Shown here: one piece after another, positions 1-7,888 of the stretch
Layout of the letters: each line of letters opens with the position of its first letter
Position numbering within the stretch: position 1 is the first letter of the stretch
NCBI GenBank assembly: GCA_965261975.1
Contig: CBDHEC010000056.1
Span: forward strand, 96,001-160,000
Length of the DNA: 64,000 bases
Direction of reading: 5' to 3'
From: Alphaproteobacteria bacterium
Lineage (GTDB): Bacteria; Pseudomonadota; Alphaproteobacteria; UBA6615
The notes under the pieces: model-generated
Told to the model about the DNA's origin: nothing
Databases searched by the model: none
What the model saw: only the letters and a program-made list of their open reading frames with translations
Program-made: the position numbers and the translations under genes

Positions 1-44
1 ATTGGGGACAGGAGGCGGTTGCGTAGCTTATGCCGCGCTGCCAT
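1..44 (-). CDS. possible 5' end of a divergent gene running off the window (MAARHKLRNRLLSP...)
   Basis: On the minus strand, GGAGGA lies just upstream of an ATG at 44, and the frame is open to the window edge. It could instead be part of a structured RNA. Confidence 0.3.
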   Translation of the reverse strand, partial: MAARHKLRNRLLSP

Positions 45-84
45 CTAGTTCCTCCGTTCCCCCGACCCCGTCATGGGGTTATTT

Positions 85-113
85 AGTGCAGGGCTCCGCC
101 CTGCACTTTTTTT
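85..113 (+). terminator. intrinsic terminator-like hairpin
   Basis: AGTGCAGGGC-TCC-GCCCTGCACT is a perfect 10-bp stem followed by a T run. Confidence 0.65.
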
Positions 114-193
114 GTCCGGATCGTCGCCCGGGCTCCACATTCGACCTTTTGTGGTAGGTTCCCCGCCCGGGCCGGTCGTGGTGACCGGCGGGT

Positions 194-3100
194 ATGCGCG
201 GGTACGGCGAGCCAATGCTGACCAACTGGACCATTCTTGTTGCGTCGCTGATCTATATCGGCGTCTTGTTTGCGATCGCGTCGTGGGGCGATCGCAAGGC
301 GGAGCGCCATGGCTCTCGCATCCGCGCCAAGCCGGTGATCTATGCCCTGTCGCTGGCGGTCTACTGCACGTCGTGGACCTTCTATGGCAGCGTCGGGCTG
401 GCCTCGAGCTCGGGCTATGACTTTGTCCCGGTCTATCTCGGCCCGATCCTCTTGTTCACGGCGGGCTACTTTGTGCTGCGCAAGATCGTGCGGATCGGCA
501 AGGCCGAGAACATCACCACCATCGCCGACTTCATCGCCGCGCGCTTCGGCAAGAGCCAGGTACTGGCCGCGGTCGTGACCCTGGTCGTCGTGATCGGCAT
601 CCTTCCCTATATCGCGCTGCAGCTGAAGGCGGTCTCGACCAGCTTCAACGTGCTGGTCAGCTATCCCGAGATCATCATGCCGGCCGGCGTGGCGGGCACG
701 GCCTGGTGGACCGATACAGCACTGGTTGTGGCGCTGTTGATGGCCGTGTTCTCGATCATGTTCGGCACCCGCAACATCGATGCGACCGAGCATCATCAAG
801 GGATGATGCTGGCCATTGCGTTTGAATCGATCGTGAAGCTGGTGGCATTTCTGGCGGCGGGAATCTTCGTCACCTTCTACATGTTCGACGGGTTCGGCGA
901 TCTGGCGGCGCGCGCCGGCGCGGTGGATCGTATCGCGGAGCGGTTTGCCGTCGATATTCACATATCCAGCTGGGTCACGATCACGCTGCTGTCGCTGATG
1001 GCGATCATCTGCCTGCCCCGCCAGTTCCATGTGGCTGTGGTGGAGAATGCGGATGAAGGCGAACTGAAGACGGCCGCCTGGATGTTTCCGGCTTATCTCG
1101 TACTGATCAACATCTTCGTCATTCCCATCGCGCTGGCCGGGATGCTGCTGTTCGGCAATGGCGGGGTCGATGCCGACACCTTTGTGCTCACCCTGCCGAT
1201 GCTGGCCCAGCAGGAGACTCTCACCCTGTTCGTTTTCATCGGCGGCCTGTCGGCGGCCACGGGTATGGTGATCGTCGCCACCGTGGCCCTGGCGACGATG
1301 ATCTCGAACGATGTGTTCATGCCGCTCTACCTGCGCTATCGCCATGGCGGCGCGCGCGGTGATGCCGATGTGGGCGCTACGCTTTTGAATGTCCGACGGA
1401 TCGCGATGACCGCGATCCTGCTCCTGGCCTTCGCCTATTACAGGGTGGCGGGCGAGGGGCAGGCGTTGGCGTCGATCGGGCTGATTTCCTTTGCCGGTGT
1501 CGCCCAGTTCGCCCCGGCGATCTTCGGGGGTATTTTCTGGTCCCGCGCGACCCGCGTGGGCGCGCTTGCCGGCATCCTCGCGGGCAGTGCGGTCTGGCTC
1601 TACACGCTGCTGCTGCCGACCTTCGCCGCCAGCTCATGGTTCCCGGAGACGCTGCTCACGGCGGGACCCGCTGGCATCGCCATGCTGCGGCCGCAGGCAT
1701 TGTTCGGCGTGGAATTTGGTGACCCGCTGTCCCATGGCGTGTTCTGGAGCCTGGCGGCCAACATCACGTTGCTGGTGGTCCTCTCGCTGCTCAACAAGCC
1801 GAGCGTGGTCGAGCGCGGGCAGGCGCGGGCTTTCGTCGAGGTGATGGGCGCAGAACGCACGGCACGGCCAAGGACATATAAGGGCGTTCTCACGATCCGG
1901 GATCTGGCGGATCTGACGAGGCGTTATCTGGGGGCGGCCGTTTCGGACCGGGCCTTCGCGGAGTATCTGGCCGAACGGGAGCCGACATTATCGGCGGACG
2001 ACCCGGTCGATGCCGGCGTGCTGCGCTTTGCCGAGCGCCTGCTCGCCAGCGCGATCGGTGCTTCGTCGGCGCGGCTCGTGATCTCCCTGTCGCTCGAGCG
2101 CGAGGATATCGACATCGAGAGCGCCATGTCGCTGCTCGACGATGCGTCGGCGGCCATCCAGTACAACCGTGAATTGTTGCAGATGACAATGGAGAATATG
2201 CGCCAGGGTATCGCGGTGTTCGACGAGGATTTGCGGCTGGCATGGCACAATGAGCGCTTCCGGGACTATCTCGGCCTGCCGGAAAAATACGGTCGCGTGG
2301 GCGTACCGGTCGAAGACATTATCCGCTACTCCGCCGAGCAGGGCGAATACGGGCCGGGCGAGGTCGAGACGATCGTCAACGACCTGTTGGCGCAGTATCG
2401 CACGCGCGAACCCGCAACCTATGAACGCCGTCTCGACGACGGCACGGTGCTCGAGGTCCTCACCAGCCCGATGCCCGCGGGCGGGGTCGCGGTGAGCCTG
2501 ATGGACCTGACCGATCGCGTGTTGGCGGCGGCGGAGCTTGAGGAGGCCAAGCGCGACCTGGAGCAACGCGTGGATGAGCGCACCCGCGACCTGATGGATC
2601 TGAACGAACAGCTGCGCCGTGCCTCGGACGCCGCACAGCAGGCCAATCTGGGCAAGACGCGGTTCCTCGCGGCAGCCAGCCATGACCTGCTGCAGCCTCT
2701 GAATGCTGCGCGGCTGTTCCTGTCGTCGCTGGCCGAAAAACCGATCGAGAATGAGAATGCCGAACTGGTGGGCCGGGTCGACACATCCCTGCGCTCGGTC
2801 GAGGAACTCCTGTCGGGCTTGCTGGATATCTCGAAGCTCGATGCGGGCGGTGTCGCGCCGCAGATCGAGGATTTCAATGTCGGTGAATTGCTGCGCGCTC
2901 TGGGGACGGAGTTTGCCCCCTTTGCCGAGGAACGCGACATCGACCTGCGGGTGATCGACTCGAACCGAATCTTGCGCAGTGACCGGCAGCAGTTGCGGCG
3001 CATCCTGCAGAACCTTCTCTCCAATGCGATCCGTTATACGCCCACCGGCGGGCGCGTGTTGATCGGCTGCCGGAGCGCGGGTGAGCGGGTGAAACTGGAG

Positions 3101-3763
3101 GTCTGGGATACCGGCCCCGGAATTCCGGCGGACATGCGCGATGCTGTGTTCCAGGAGTTTCAGCGCCTCCCCCATGGCGAGACCGACGACAAGGGGCTGG
3201 GCCTGGGGCTCGCCATTGTCGACCGGATCGCGCGCATCCTCGGCCATACGATCGAGCTGCGCAGTAATCGCGACAAGGGTTCCGTGTTTGCGGTGACGGT
3301 ACCGCGCGGGCTGGTTTCGACCGAGACCGACCCGGCGGTATCACGTCCGGTGATTCGCGCGGGCGAGCTGGCCGGTGCCGTGGTGCTTTGCATCGACGAC
3401 AATCGGGATGTTCGCGAGGGTATGGCGTCGCTGCTGGGCGGCTGGGACTGCGATGTGCGTACCGCGGCGGCCGGCAGCGAGTGGCGGCGCGAGCTGGGCG
3501 GAGACGCACCGGACATCATCGTCGCCGATTATCATCTCGCCGGTGGTGAAAAGGGCCCCGACGTGATCACCGAAGTCTGCGGGGTCTACGAGCGGGTGAT
3601 CCCGGCGATCATTGTGACGGCCGATCCGGGCGAGGAGCTTCGCGAGGAGGCCGGACGGCGCGGGCATGTGGTGCTGTCCAAGCCCGTCAAACCCGCGGCG
3701 CTGCGCGCGCTGATGACGCGCATGCTGGCGCAACGCGCAACGGTGCGCCGCGAAGCGTCCTGA
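194..3763 (+). CDS. sodium:solute symporter (SLC5)-fused hybrid sensor histidine kinase (CrbS/PrlS-like: SSS-STAC-PAS-HisKA-HATPase-REC)
   Basis: N-terminal multi-TM region with YCTSWTFYGSVG and PYIALQLKA; PAS-like region; H-box AASHDLLQPL; NLLSNAIRYT, DTGPGI and GLGLGL; C-terminal receiver (CIDD, IVADYHL, KPVKP). The start may be the ATG at 215. Confidence 0.93.
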   Translation: MRGYGEPMLTNWTILVASLIYIGVLFAIASWGDRKAERHGSRIRAKPVIYALSLAVYCTSWTFYGSVGLASSSGYDFVPVYLGPILLFTAGYFVLRKIVRIGKAENITTIADFIAARFGKSQVLAAVVTLVVVIGILPYIALQLKAVSTSFNVLVSYPEIIMPAGVAGTAWWTDTALVVALLMAVFSIMFGTRNIDATEHHQGMMLAIAFESIVKLVAFLAAGIFVTFYMFDGFGDLAARAGAVDRIAERFAVDIHISSWVTITLLSLMAIICLPRQFHVAVVENADEGELKTAAWMFPAYLVLINIFVIPIALAGMLLFGNGGVDADTFVLTLPMLAQQETLTLFVFIGGLSAATGMVIVATVALATMISNDVFMPLYLRYRHGGARGDADVGATLLNVRRIAMTAILLLAFAYYRVAGEGQALASIGLISFAGVAQFAPAIFGGIFWSRATRVGALAGILAGSAVWLYTLLLPTFAASSWFPETLLTAGPAGIAMLRPQALFGVEFGDPLSHGVFWSLAANITLLVVLSLLNKPSVVERGQARAFVEVMGAERTARPRTYKGVLTIRDLADLTRRYLGAAVSDRAFAEYLAEREPTLSADDPVDAGVLRFAERLLASAIGASSARLVISLSLEREDIDIESAMSLLDDASAAIQYNRELLQMTMENMRQGIAVFDEDLRLAWHNERFRDYLGLPEKYGRVGVPVEDIIRYSAEQGEYGPGEVETIVNDLLAQYRTREPATYERRLDDGTVLEVLTSPMPAGGVAVSLMDLTDRVLAAAELEEAKRDLEQRVDERTRDLMDLNEQLRRASDAAQQANLGKTRFLAAASHDLLQPLNAARLFLSSLAEKPIENENAELVGRVDTSLRSVEELLSGLLDISKLDAGGVAPQIEDFNVGELLRALGTEFAPFAEERDIDLRVIDSNRILRSDRQQLRRILQNLLSNAIRYTPTGGRVLIGCRSAGERVKLEVWDTGPGIPADMRDAVFQEFQRLPHGETDDKGLGLGLAIVDRIARILGHTIELRSNRDKGSVFAVTVPRGLVSTETDPAVSRPVIRAGELAGAVVLCIDDNRDVREGMASLLGGWDCDVRTAAAGSEWRRELGGDAPDIIVADYHLAGGEKGPDVITEVCGVYERVIPAIIVTADPGEELREEAGRRGHVVLSKPVKPAALRALMTRMLAQRATVRREAS

Positions 3764-3781
3764 ATTCAAGATTTCGTCGGA

Positions 3782-4447
3782 TCAGCCCGCCGGGATTTCG
3801 CGCGCGGGGTCGTCGACATTGAGGCGGCCGGCGAGGATAACGGCTTGGGTGCGGCTGTTGACGCCCAGTTTCTGCAGGATCGCCGAGACGTGGGATTTGA
3901 CCGTCGCTTCGGATATTTCGAGATCATAGGCGATCTGCTTGTTCAGCTTGCCGTCCGACAGCATGCCCAGCACGCGAAGCTGCTGGGGGGTGAGTGTCGT
4001 CAGGCGCGCGGCGAGCCGCGCGTCTTCTTCTGACGTATCGGGCAGGTCGTTTACCCCGGTCGGCAACCAGTTGTTGCCGGCGATGATGTCGCGGACCGCG
4101 CCGCGGATGTCATCCATCGGCGCTGATTTGGGAATGAATCCGGCCGCGCCGTAGTCGACCGCCTGGCGCATGATGCGCGCGTCCGTGCTGGCGGAGATCA
4201 TCGCGATCGGGACCTCGGGGAATTCGGATCGCAGATAGACCAGGCCGGTGAAGCCACGCATCCCGGGCATATGCAGGTCGAGCAACAGGAGATCCGGTAC
4301 ACCCTCGCGGCGGATCGTCGCTTCCGCTTCCGCCAGGCTCGCGGCCTCGTGGAAAACGGCACCGGACATATCCTGCGCGATGGTTTGCTTGAGGGCGTCG
4401 CGCACCAGCGGATGGTCGTCCGCTATGACGATGACGCAATCAGACAT
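3782..4447 (-). CDS. NarL/LuxR-family response regulator, probable partner of the adjacent kinase (CrbR/PrlR-like)
   Basis: IADDHPLVR and LLLDLHMPG receiver; LTPQQLRVL...NKQIAYDLEISEATVKSHVS LuxR HTH. Confidence 0.93.
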   Translation of the reverse strand: MSDCVIVIADDHPLVRDALKQTIAQDMSGAVFHEAASLAEAEATIRREGVPDLLLLDLHMPGMRGFTGLVYLRSEFPEVPIAMISASTDARIMRQAVDYGAAGFIPKSAPMDDIRGAVRDIIAGNNWLPTGVNDLPDTSEEDARLAARLTTLTPQQLRVLGMLSDGKLNKQIAYDLEISEATVKSHVSAILQKLGVNSRTQAVILAGRLNVDDPAREIPAG

Positions 4448-4543
4448 TGGGCCTCCCCCCGGTTCCGGATCGTTGTCCGGGCACTGTTGCCGTTACCTTA
4501 GGCTGGCCGGACCGACGGCGTCCAGCGTGCGTTGGCCTGCCGG

Positions 4544-5965
4544 TCAGGCGGCGGGGTCGAGAGCATCGGTTTTTCCGTCGGGCGCATCTATACCGGCGTA
4601 GAGCCGGTCGCGCAGGCCCGCGCCGTTGACCTCGCACATCGATCGCAACTCACCGTTGATCGGAACCTGGAAGGCGCACTGGGCGACGCGTTCACGCCCG
4701 GCGGGCGTGTCGAGTTCATCGGCGCTCATGAAATGATGGGCGACGACGGAGAAACGGTGCAGCTGGGTTCGGCCGGTCAGGGCCCGCAGGGCAAATCGCA
4801 TCGGCCGGTCGGGATCGAACCGCCGGGCCCAGCCCCAGCCCGTCGCGGGAACATCCCAGAAGAAGAAACGCGGCGCGCGAAACAGCATGCCGATGAGCCG
4901 CGCGGCGGCCTCCGACGGCCGGTCGGCGCGAAAGGTAGCACCGGCAAAACTGGCGAACAGCCGGTCGAGGAAGCGCCGGTCGCGCACGCTGCTCTCGGGG
5001 CTGAGGGGGACGAAGCGGGGGCCGGTGTCCACCTCGGCGGTCGTGCCGATCACGAAGCGGCTGCAGTCGGGGTGGGCCATGAACCACTGGTTGGCGGTGA
5101 GCCGGTCGCGGTTGGTTTCCTCGATCGACAGGCCGCGTTCGATTTCGGCCCACAGGGCCTCGGCGGTGATCCGGCCGATGCCGTCTTCTGTGCGGCCGAC
5201 ATGGGCCACGGGCAGCAGGCCGACCATGCGGAACACGTCGGCGTTGGCCTGGGCGAAGGCCACGATGTCGCCCACCTCGGGCAGATTGTCTTGTGTCACG
5301 GTGACCGTGCTGGCCACCCGCAGTGTGCGGCCGGTCTCGCGGCGGACCCGGCGGATCATGGCGACGAACCGCGCGCGCAAATCCATCAGCTCGGCCTCGC
5401 GGGTTGCGTACTTGAACTCCCGGTCGCGGCGCCCGCGTTGGGTGGTGTCGATGTGGAGGCTGAGTTCTTCCAGCCCGCCCTCGACCATCAGGCGCTTAAG
5501 CAGGTCCGGGTCGCGCAGGAAACCGTCGCCATGGCTCATCAGCATCGGGATCAGCTCGATGTCGCGCGCGTGGCGCAGAATCTCGATCACGTCTTCGGCG
5601 GGTCGCAGCGCGACCTCGCCGTCGGTCAGCTGCACGTTGCCCCAGGGGCCGAGCGCGGCGCGCAGCAGGTCGAGCTGCGCCTTGACGTCGGCCAGCGGCA
5701 GTTCCGGGGTGCGGTTGGCGTCGGCCCCCAGATAGCAGCCGCGGCAGGCGAAGTCGCATTTCGGCATCACGCCGATGGTCGCCCCGCAGCCTTCCTCGTG
5801 GCGGCCATACATCTGGTTGGCGGTCCGGAAACGCGGGTCGAGCCGCGCCCATGCCGCGTCCAGGCTGTCGCGTGTCTCGCGCGAGACCGGCCTGCGCAAC
5901 AGCCGCCAAAGGCGCGCCGCGCTGACAGGACGGTTGTGAGAGGAAGTGGTCCCGAGGAAACTCAT
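4544..5965 (-). CDS. radical SAM domain protein of unknown function
   Basis: CxxxCxxC motif (CDFACRGC); LTDGE at the GGE-motif position; additional C-terminal Cys residues. Confidence 0.85.
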   Translation of the reverse strand: MSFLGTTSSHNRPVSAARLWRLLRRPVSRETRDSLDAAWARLDPRFRTANQMYGRHEEGCGATIGVMPKCDFACRGCYLGADANRTPELPLADVKAQLDLLRAALGPWGNVQLTDGEVALRPAEDVIEILRHARDIELIPMLMSHGDGFLRDPDLLKRLMVEGGLEELSLHIDTTQRGRRDREFKYATREAELMDLRARFVAMIRRVRRETGRTLRVASTVTVTQDNLPEVGDIVAFAQANADVFRMVGLLPVAHVGRTEDGIGRITAEALWAEIERGLSIEETNRDRLTANQWFMAHPDCSRFVIGTTAEVDTGPRFVPLSPESSVRDRRFLDRLFASFAGATFRADRPSEAAARLIGMLFRAPRFFFWDVPATGWGWARRFDPDRPMRFALRALTGRTQLHRFSVVAHHFMSADELDTPAGRERVAQCAFQVPINGELRSMCEVNGAGLRDRLYAGIDAPDGKTDALDPAA

Positions 5966-6079
5966 CGCGTCGCCCGTTTTTCTGAAGCCCTGATGGGGGT
6001 CTTCGAACGAGGCTTATGTAGCGACCGCCCTGGCGGGCGGGGACTCAACTTATCGTGTTGTGGCTGCGACCAGTCGCCG

Positions 6080-6787
6080 TTACGACGCGGGCCCCGGCAG
6101 GGTGATGCCGTAGCGCCAGCGTTCGATGGTCACGTCTGAGAACACGCCGCCATAGTTGAGCGGTTCGCCTTCCCAGAATTCGTCACAGGCCGCGCGGTCG
6201 GGATATTCCATGATCATCATCGAGCCGATCATCTGGCTGCCATCGTCGTTGAACATGGGCCCGCGGGCCACGTAACGATCCATCACCGAGGCCTGATACT
6301 TGTGATGGGCCTCGGCAACCGCGGCGCGCTTCGCCTCGGAATCCTCGCCGTCCATCGCGGTGACCACGAACTGCTCCCAGCCTTCGGTGCGCGGATAGTC
6401 GGACCAGCGCAGATCCATCGACGACGACCAGCGGGTGATCGATATCTCGCCGAAGGCGCCGGCCTGGGTGTAGCCCTCGTTGTCCATCCAGGCCTGGGCG
6501 GCCGCCTTGTCGGGTGCGTCGATGAGCGCCATCGCCCCGGCCGGGGCGGAACCGTCATCGGTCAGCAGGGGCCCGGAGAAGCGGATCTGGTTCTGATGGG
6601 CGCGCAGATAGGCCTGGTGGGCGTCCATCGCCGATTCACGCAGTTCGAGCCCGCCATCGGCCTTGAAATAGCCCTTGCAGATCCAGCTCGGGCTCTTGGT
6701 CCGGTAATATTCGTCGAGTTCGGCCTCGGAAAGGCCGTAGCGCGGATCGCCGGGCAGGGCGCCGGACGGATTGTTGGGATCGGACAT
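6080..6787 (-). CDS. protein with tandem YciI-like domains
   Basis: Two R-x6-H...GP repeats (RESAMDAHQAYL...SGPL; RAAVAEAHHKYQ...RGPM). Start re-called at ATG 6787, downstream of a GGGGAA SD-like sequence. Confidence 0.78.
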   Translation of the reverse strand: MSDPNNPSGALPGDPRYGLSEAELDEYYRTKSPSWICKGYFKADGGLELRESAMDAHQAYLRAHQNQIRFSGPLLTDDGSAPAGAMALIDAPDKAAAQAWMDNEGYTQAGAFGEISITRWSSSMDLRWSDYPRTEGWEQFVVTAMDGEDSEAKRAAVAEAHHKYQASVMDRYVARGPMFNDDGSQMIGSMMIMEYPDRAACDEFWEGEPLNYGGVFSDVTIERWRYGITLPGPAS

Positions 6788-6952
6788 CGTGCTGGTTCCC
6801 CCTGATTGAGTGATGTTGGCCGCATGGTCGCCGCTGACGTGGCCAAACACAAGGCGTCCGGCCGCAACCCACATATGTGGAATCTGGAGATTCGCCCGTC
6901 GGGTCCTTTCCCGTCTAAGCTGGGGTGCAGCACAACAAGGGGAGGACACATC

Positions 6953-7477
6953 ATGGCACGCACATTCCGTCGTGTGGTCACGGGCCACAACGCCGCCGGC
7001 AAGTCGATCATCTGGAAGGACGGTGATGCCCCCCAGACCATCGAGCCATTGCCGGGCCTGTTCCTGCACGAATATTGGGAGACGACGGCACCCGCCGACA
7101 ACACCGGCGAGACGGACACGGCAATTCGTGAGAATTCCATCGAGCCCCATGATCCCAACGGGACGATTTTCCGGGTCGTCGATTTCCCGCCTGACGAGGC
7201 CTGGAAGGGGGCCGACGTCGGCGCGGCCTTCGACGAGATGGGCTCGGGCGCGGCCCATGACGGTGATTCCGAGACGGATGGCATGCACGAGACCCAGACG
7301 ACCGATTTCGCCATCGTGCTCGAGGGCGAAATGTGGGCGGTCATGGAGGAGGGCGAGACTCTCCTGAAGGCGGGCGACGTGCTGGTCCAGCGCGGCACCA
7401 ACCACGCCTGGTCGAACCGGTCGGGCAAGAATGCCGCGATTGCCTTCGTGCTGATCGGCGCGAAACCGCGGAGCTAG
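6953..7477 (+). CDS. cupin domain protein
   Basis: RRVVTGHNAAGKS N-terminus; MHETQTTDFAIVLEGE...GDVLVQRGTNHAWSN cupin motifs; GGAGG SD before ATG 6953. Confidence 0.88.
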   Translation: MARTFRRVVTGHNAAGKSIIWKDGDAPQTIEPLPGLFLHEYWETTAPADNTGETDTAIRENSIEPHDPNGTIFRVVDFPPDEAWKGADVGAAFDEMGSGAAHDGDSETDGMHETQTTDFAIVLEGEMWAVMEEGETLLKAGDVLVQRGTNHAWSNRSGKNAAIAFVLIGAKPRS

Positions 7478-7481
7478 CCGA

Positions 7482-7874
7482 ATGACCGCAAAACTCCGAC
7501 ACTTTGCCCTGTCCGTTCCTGACCCCCAGAAGGCTGCGGCGTTCTATGAGAATGCGCTGGGCATGACCCGGGTGGGCGAGAACGACCATCCCGGCGCCAC
7601 GGCGGTGTATCTCACCGACGGCACGGTCAATCTGGCATTGCTGCGCTACAAGACCGAGGAGGCCGCGGGCGGCGACCCGGAAAAGTTCGGCGTGCATCAC
7701 TTCGGTTTCATCGTCGATGACGTCGAGGCCGCCCAGGGCGAGATCGAGGCGGCGGGCGGCAACTGGCTGATGGGCGAGGCGAAGGACGCGGGCGCGTTCT
7801 ACGAGATCAAGTACCGCGACCCGGACGGGGTGATCTTCGACATCAACGAGGGCGGCTGGAAGACGGAGGGGTAG
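7482..7874 (+). CDS. VOC/glyoxalase family protein
   Basis: LRHFALSV...FYENALG, GVHHFGFIVDD and YRDPDG motifs. Confidence 0.88.
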   Translation: MTAKLRHFALSVPDPQKAAAFYENALGMTRVGENDHPGATAVYLTDGTVNLALLRYKTEEAAGGDPEKFGVHHFGFIVDDVEAAQGEIEAAGGNWLMGEAKDAGAFYEIKYRDPDGVIFDINEGGWKTEG

Positions 7875-7888
7875 GGCGTTTGGATGCT

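Noticed and set aside
83-3247. Long antisense ORFs (83-1345, 1988-3247) and similar ones at 4532-6139, 9775-11217, 44942-46516 and 55880-57061
   Set aside because: They are shadow ORFs opposite well-supported genes, expected from high-GC codon bias, and carry no family motifs.
6788-7405. N-terminal half of the 441-aa ORF 6080-7405
   Set aside because: It overlaps the cupin gene on the opposite strand; the YciI protein starts at 6787.
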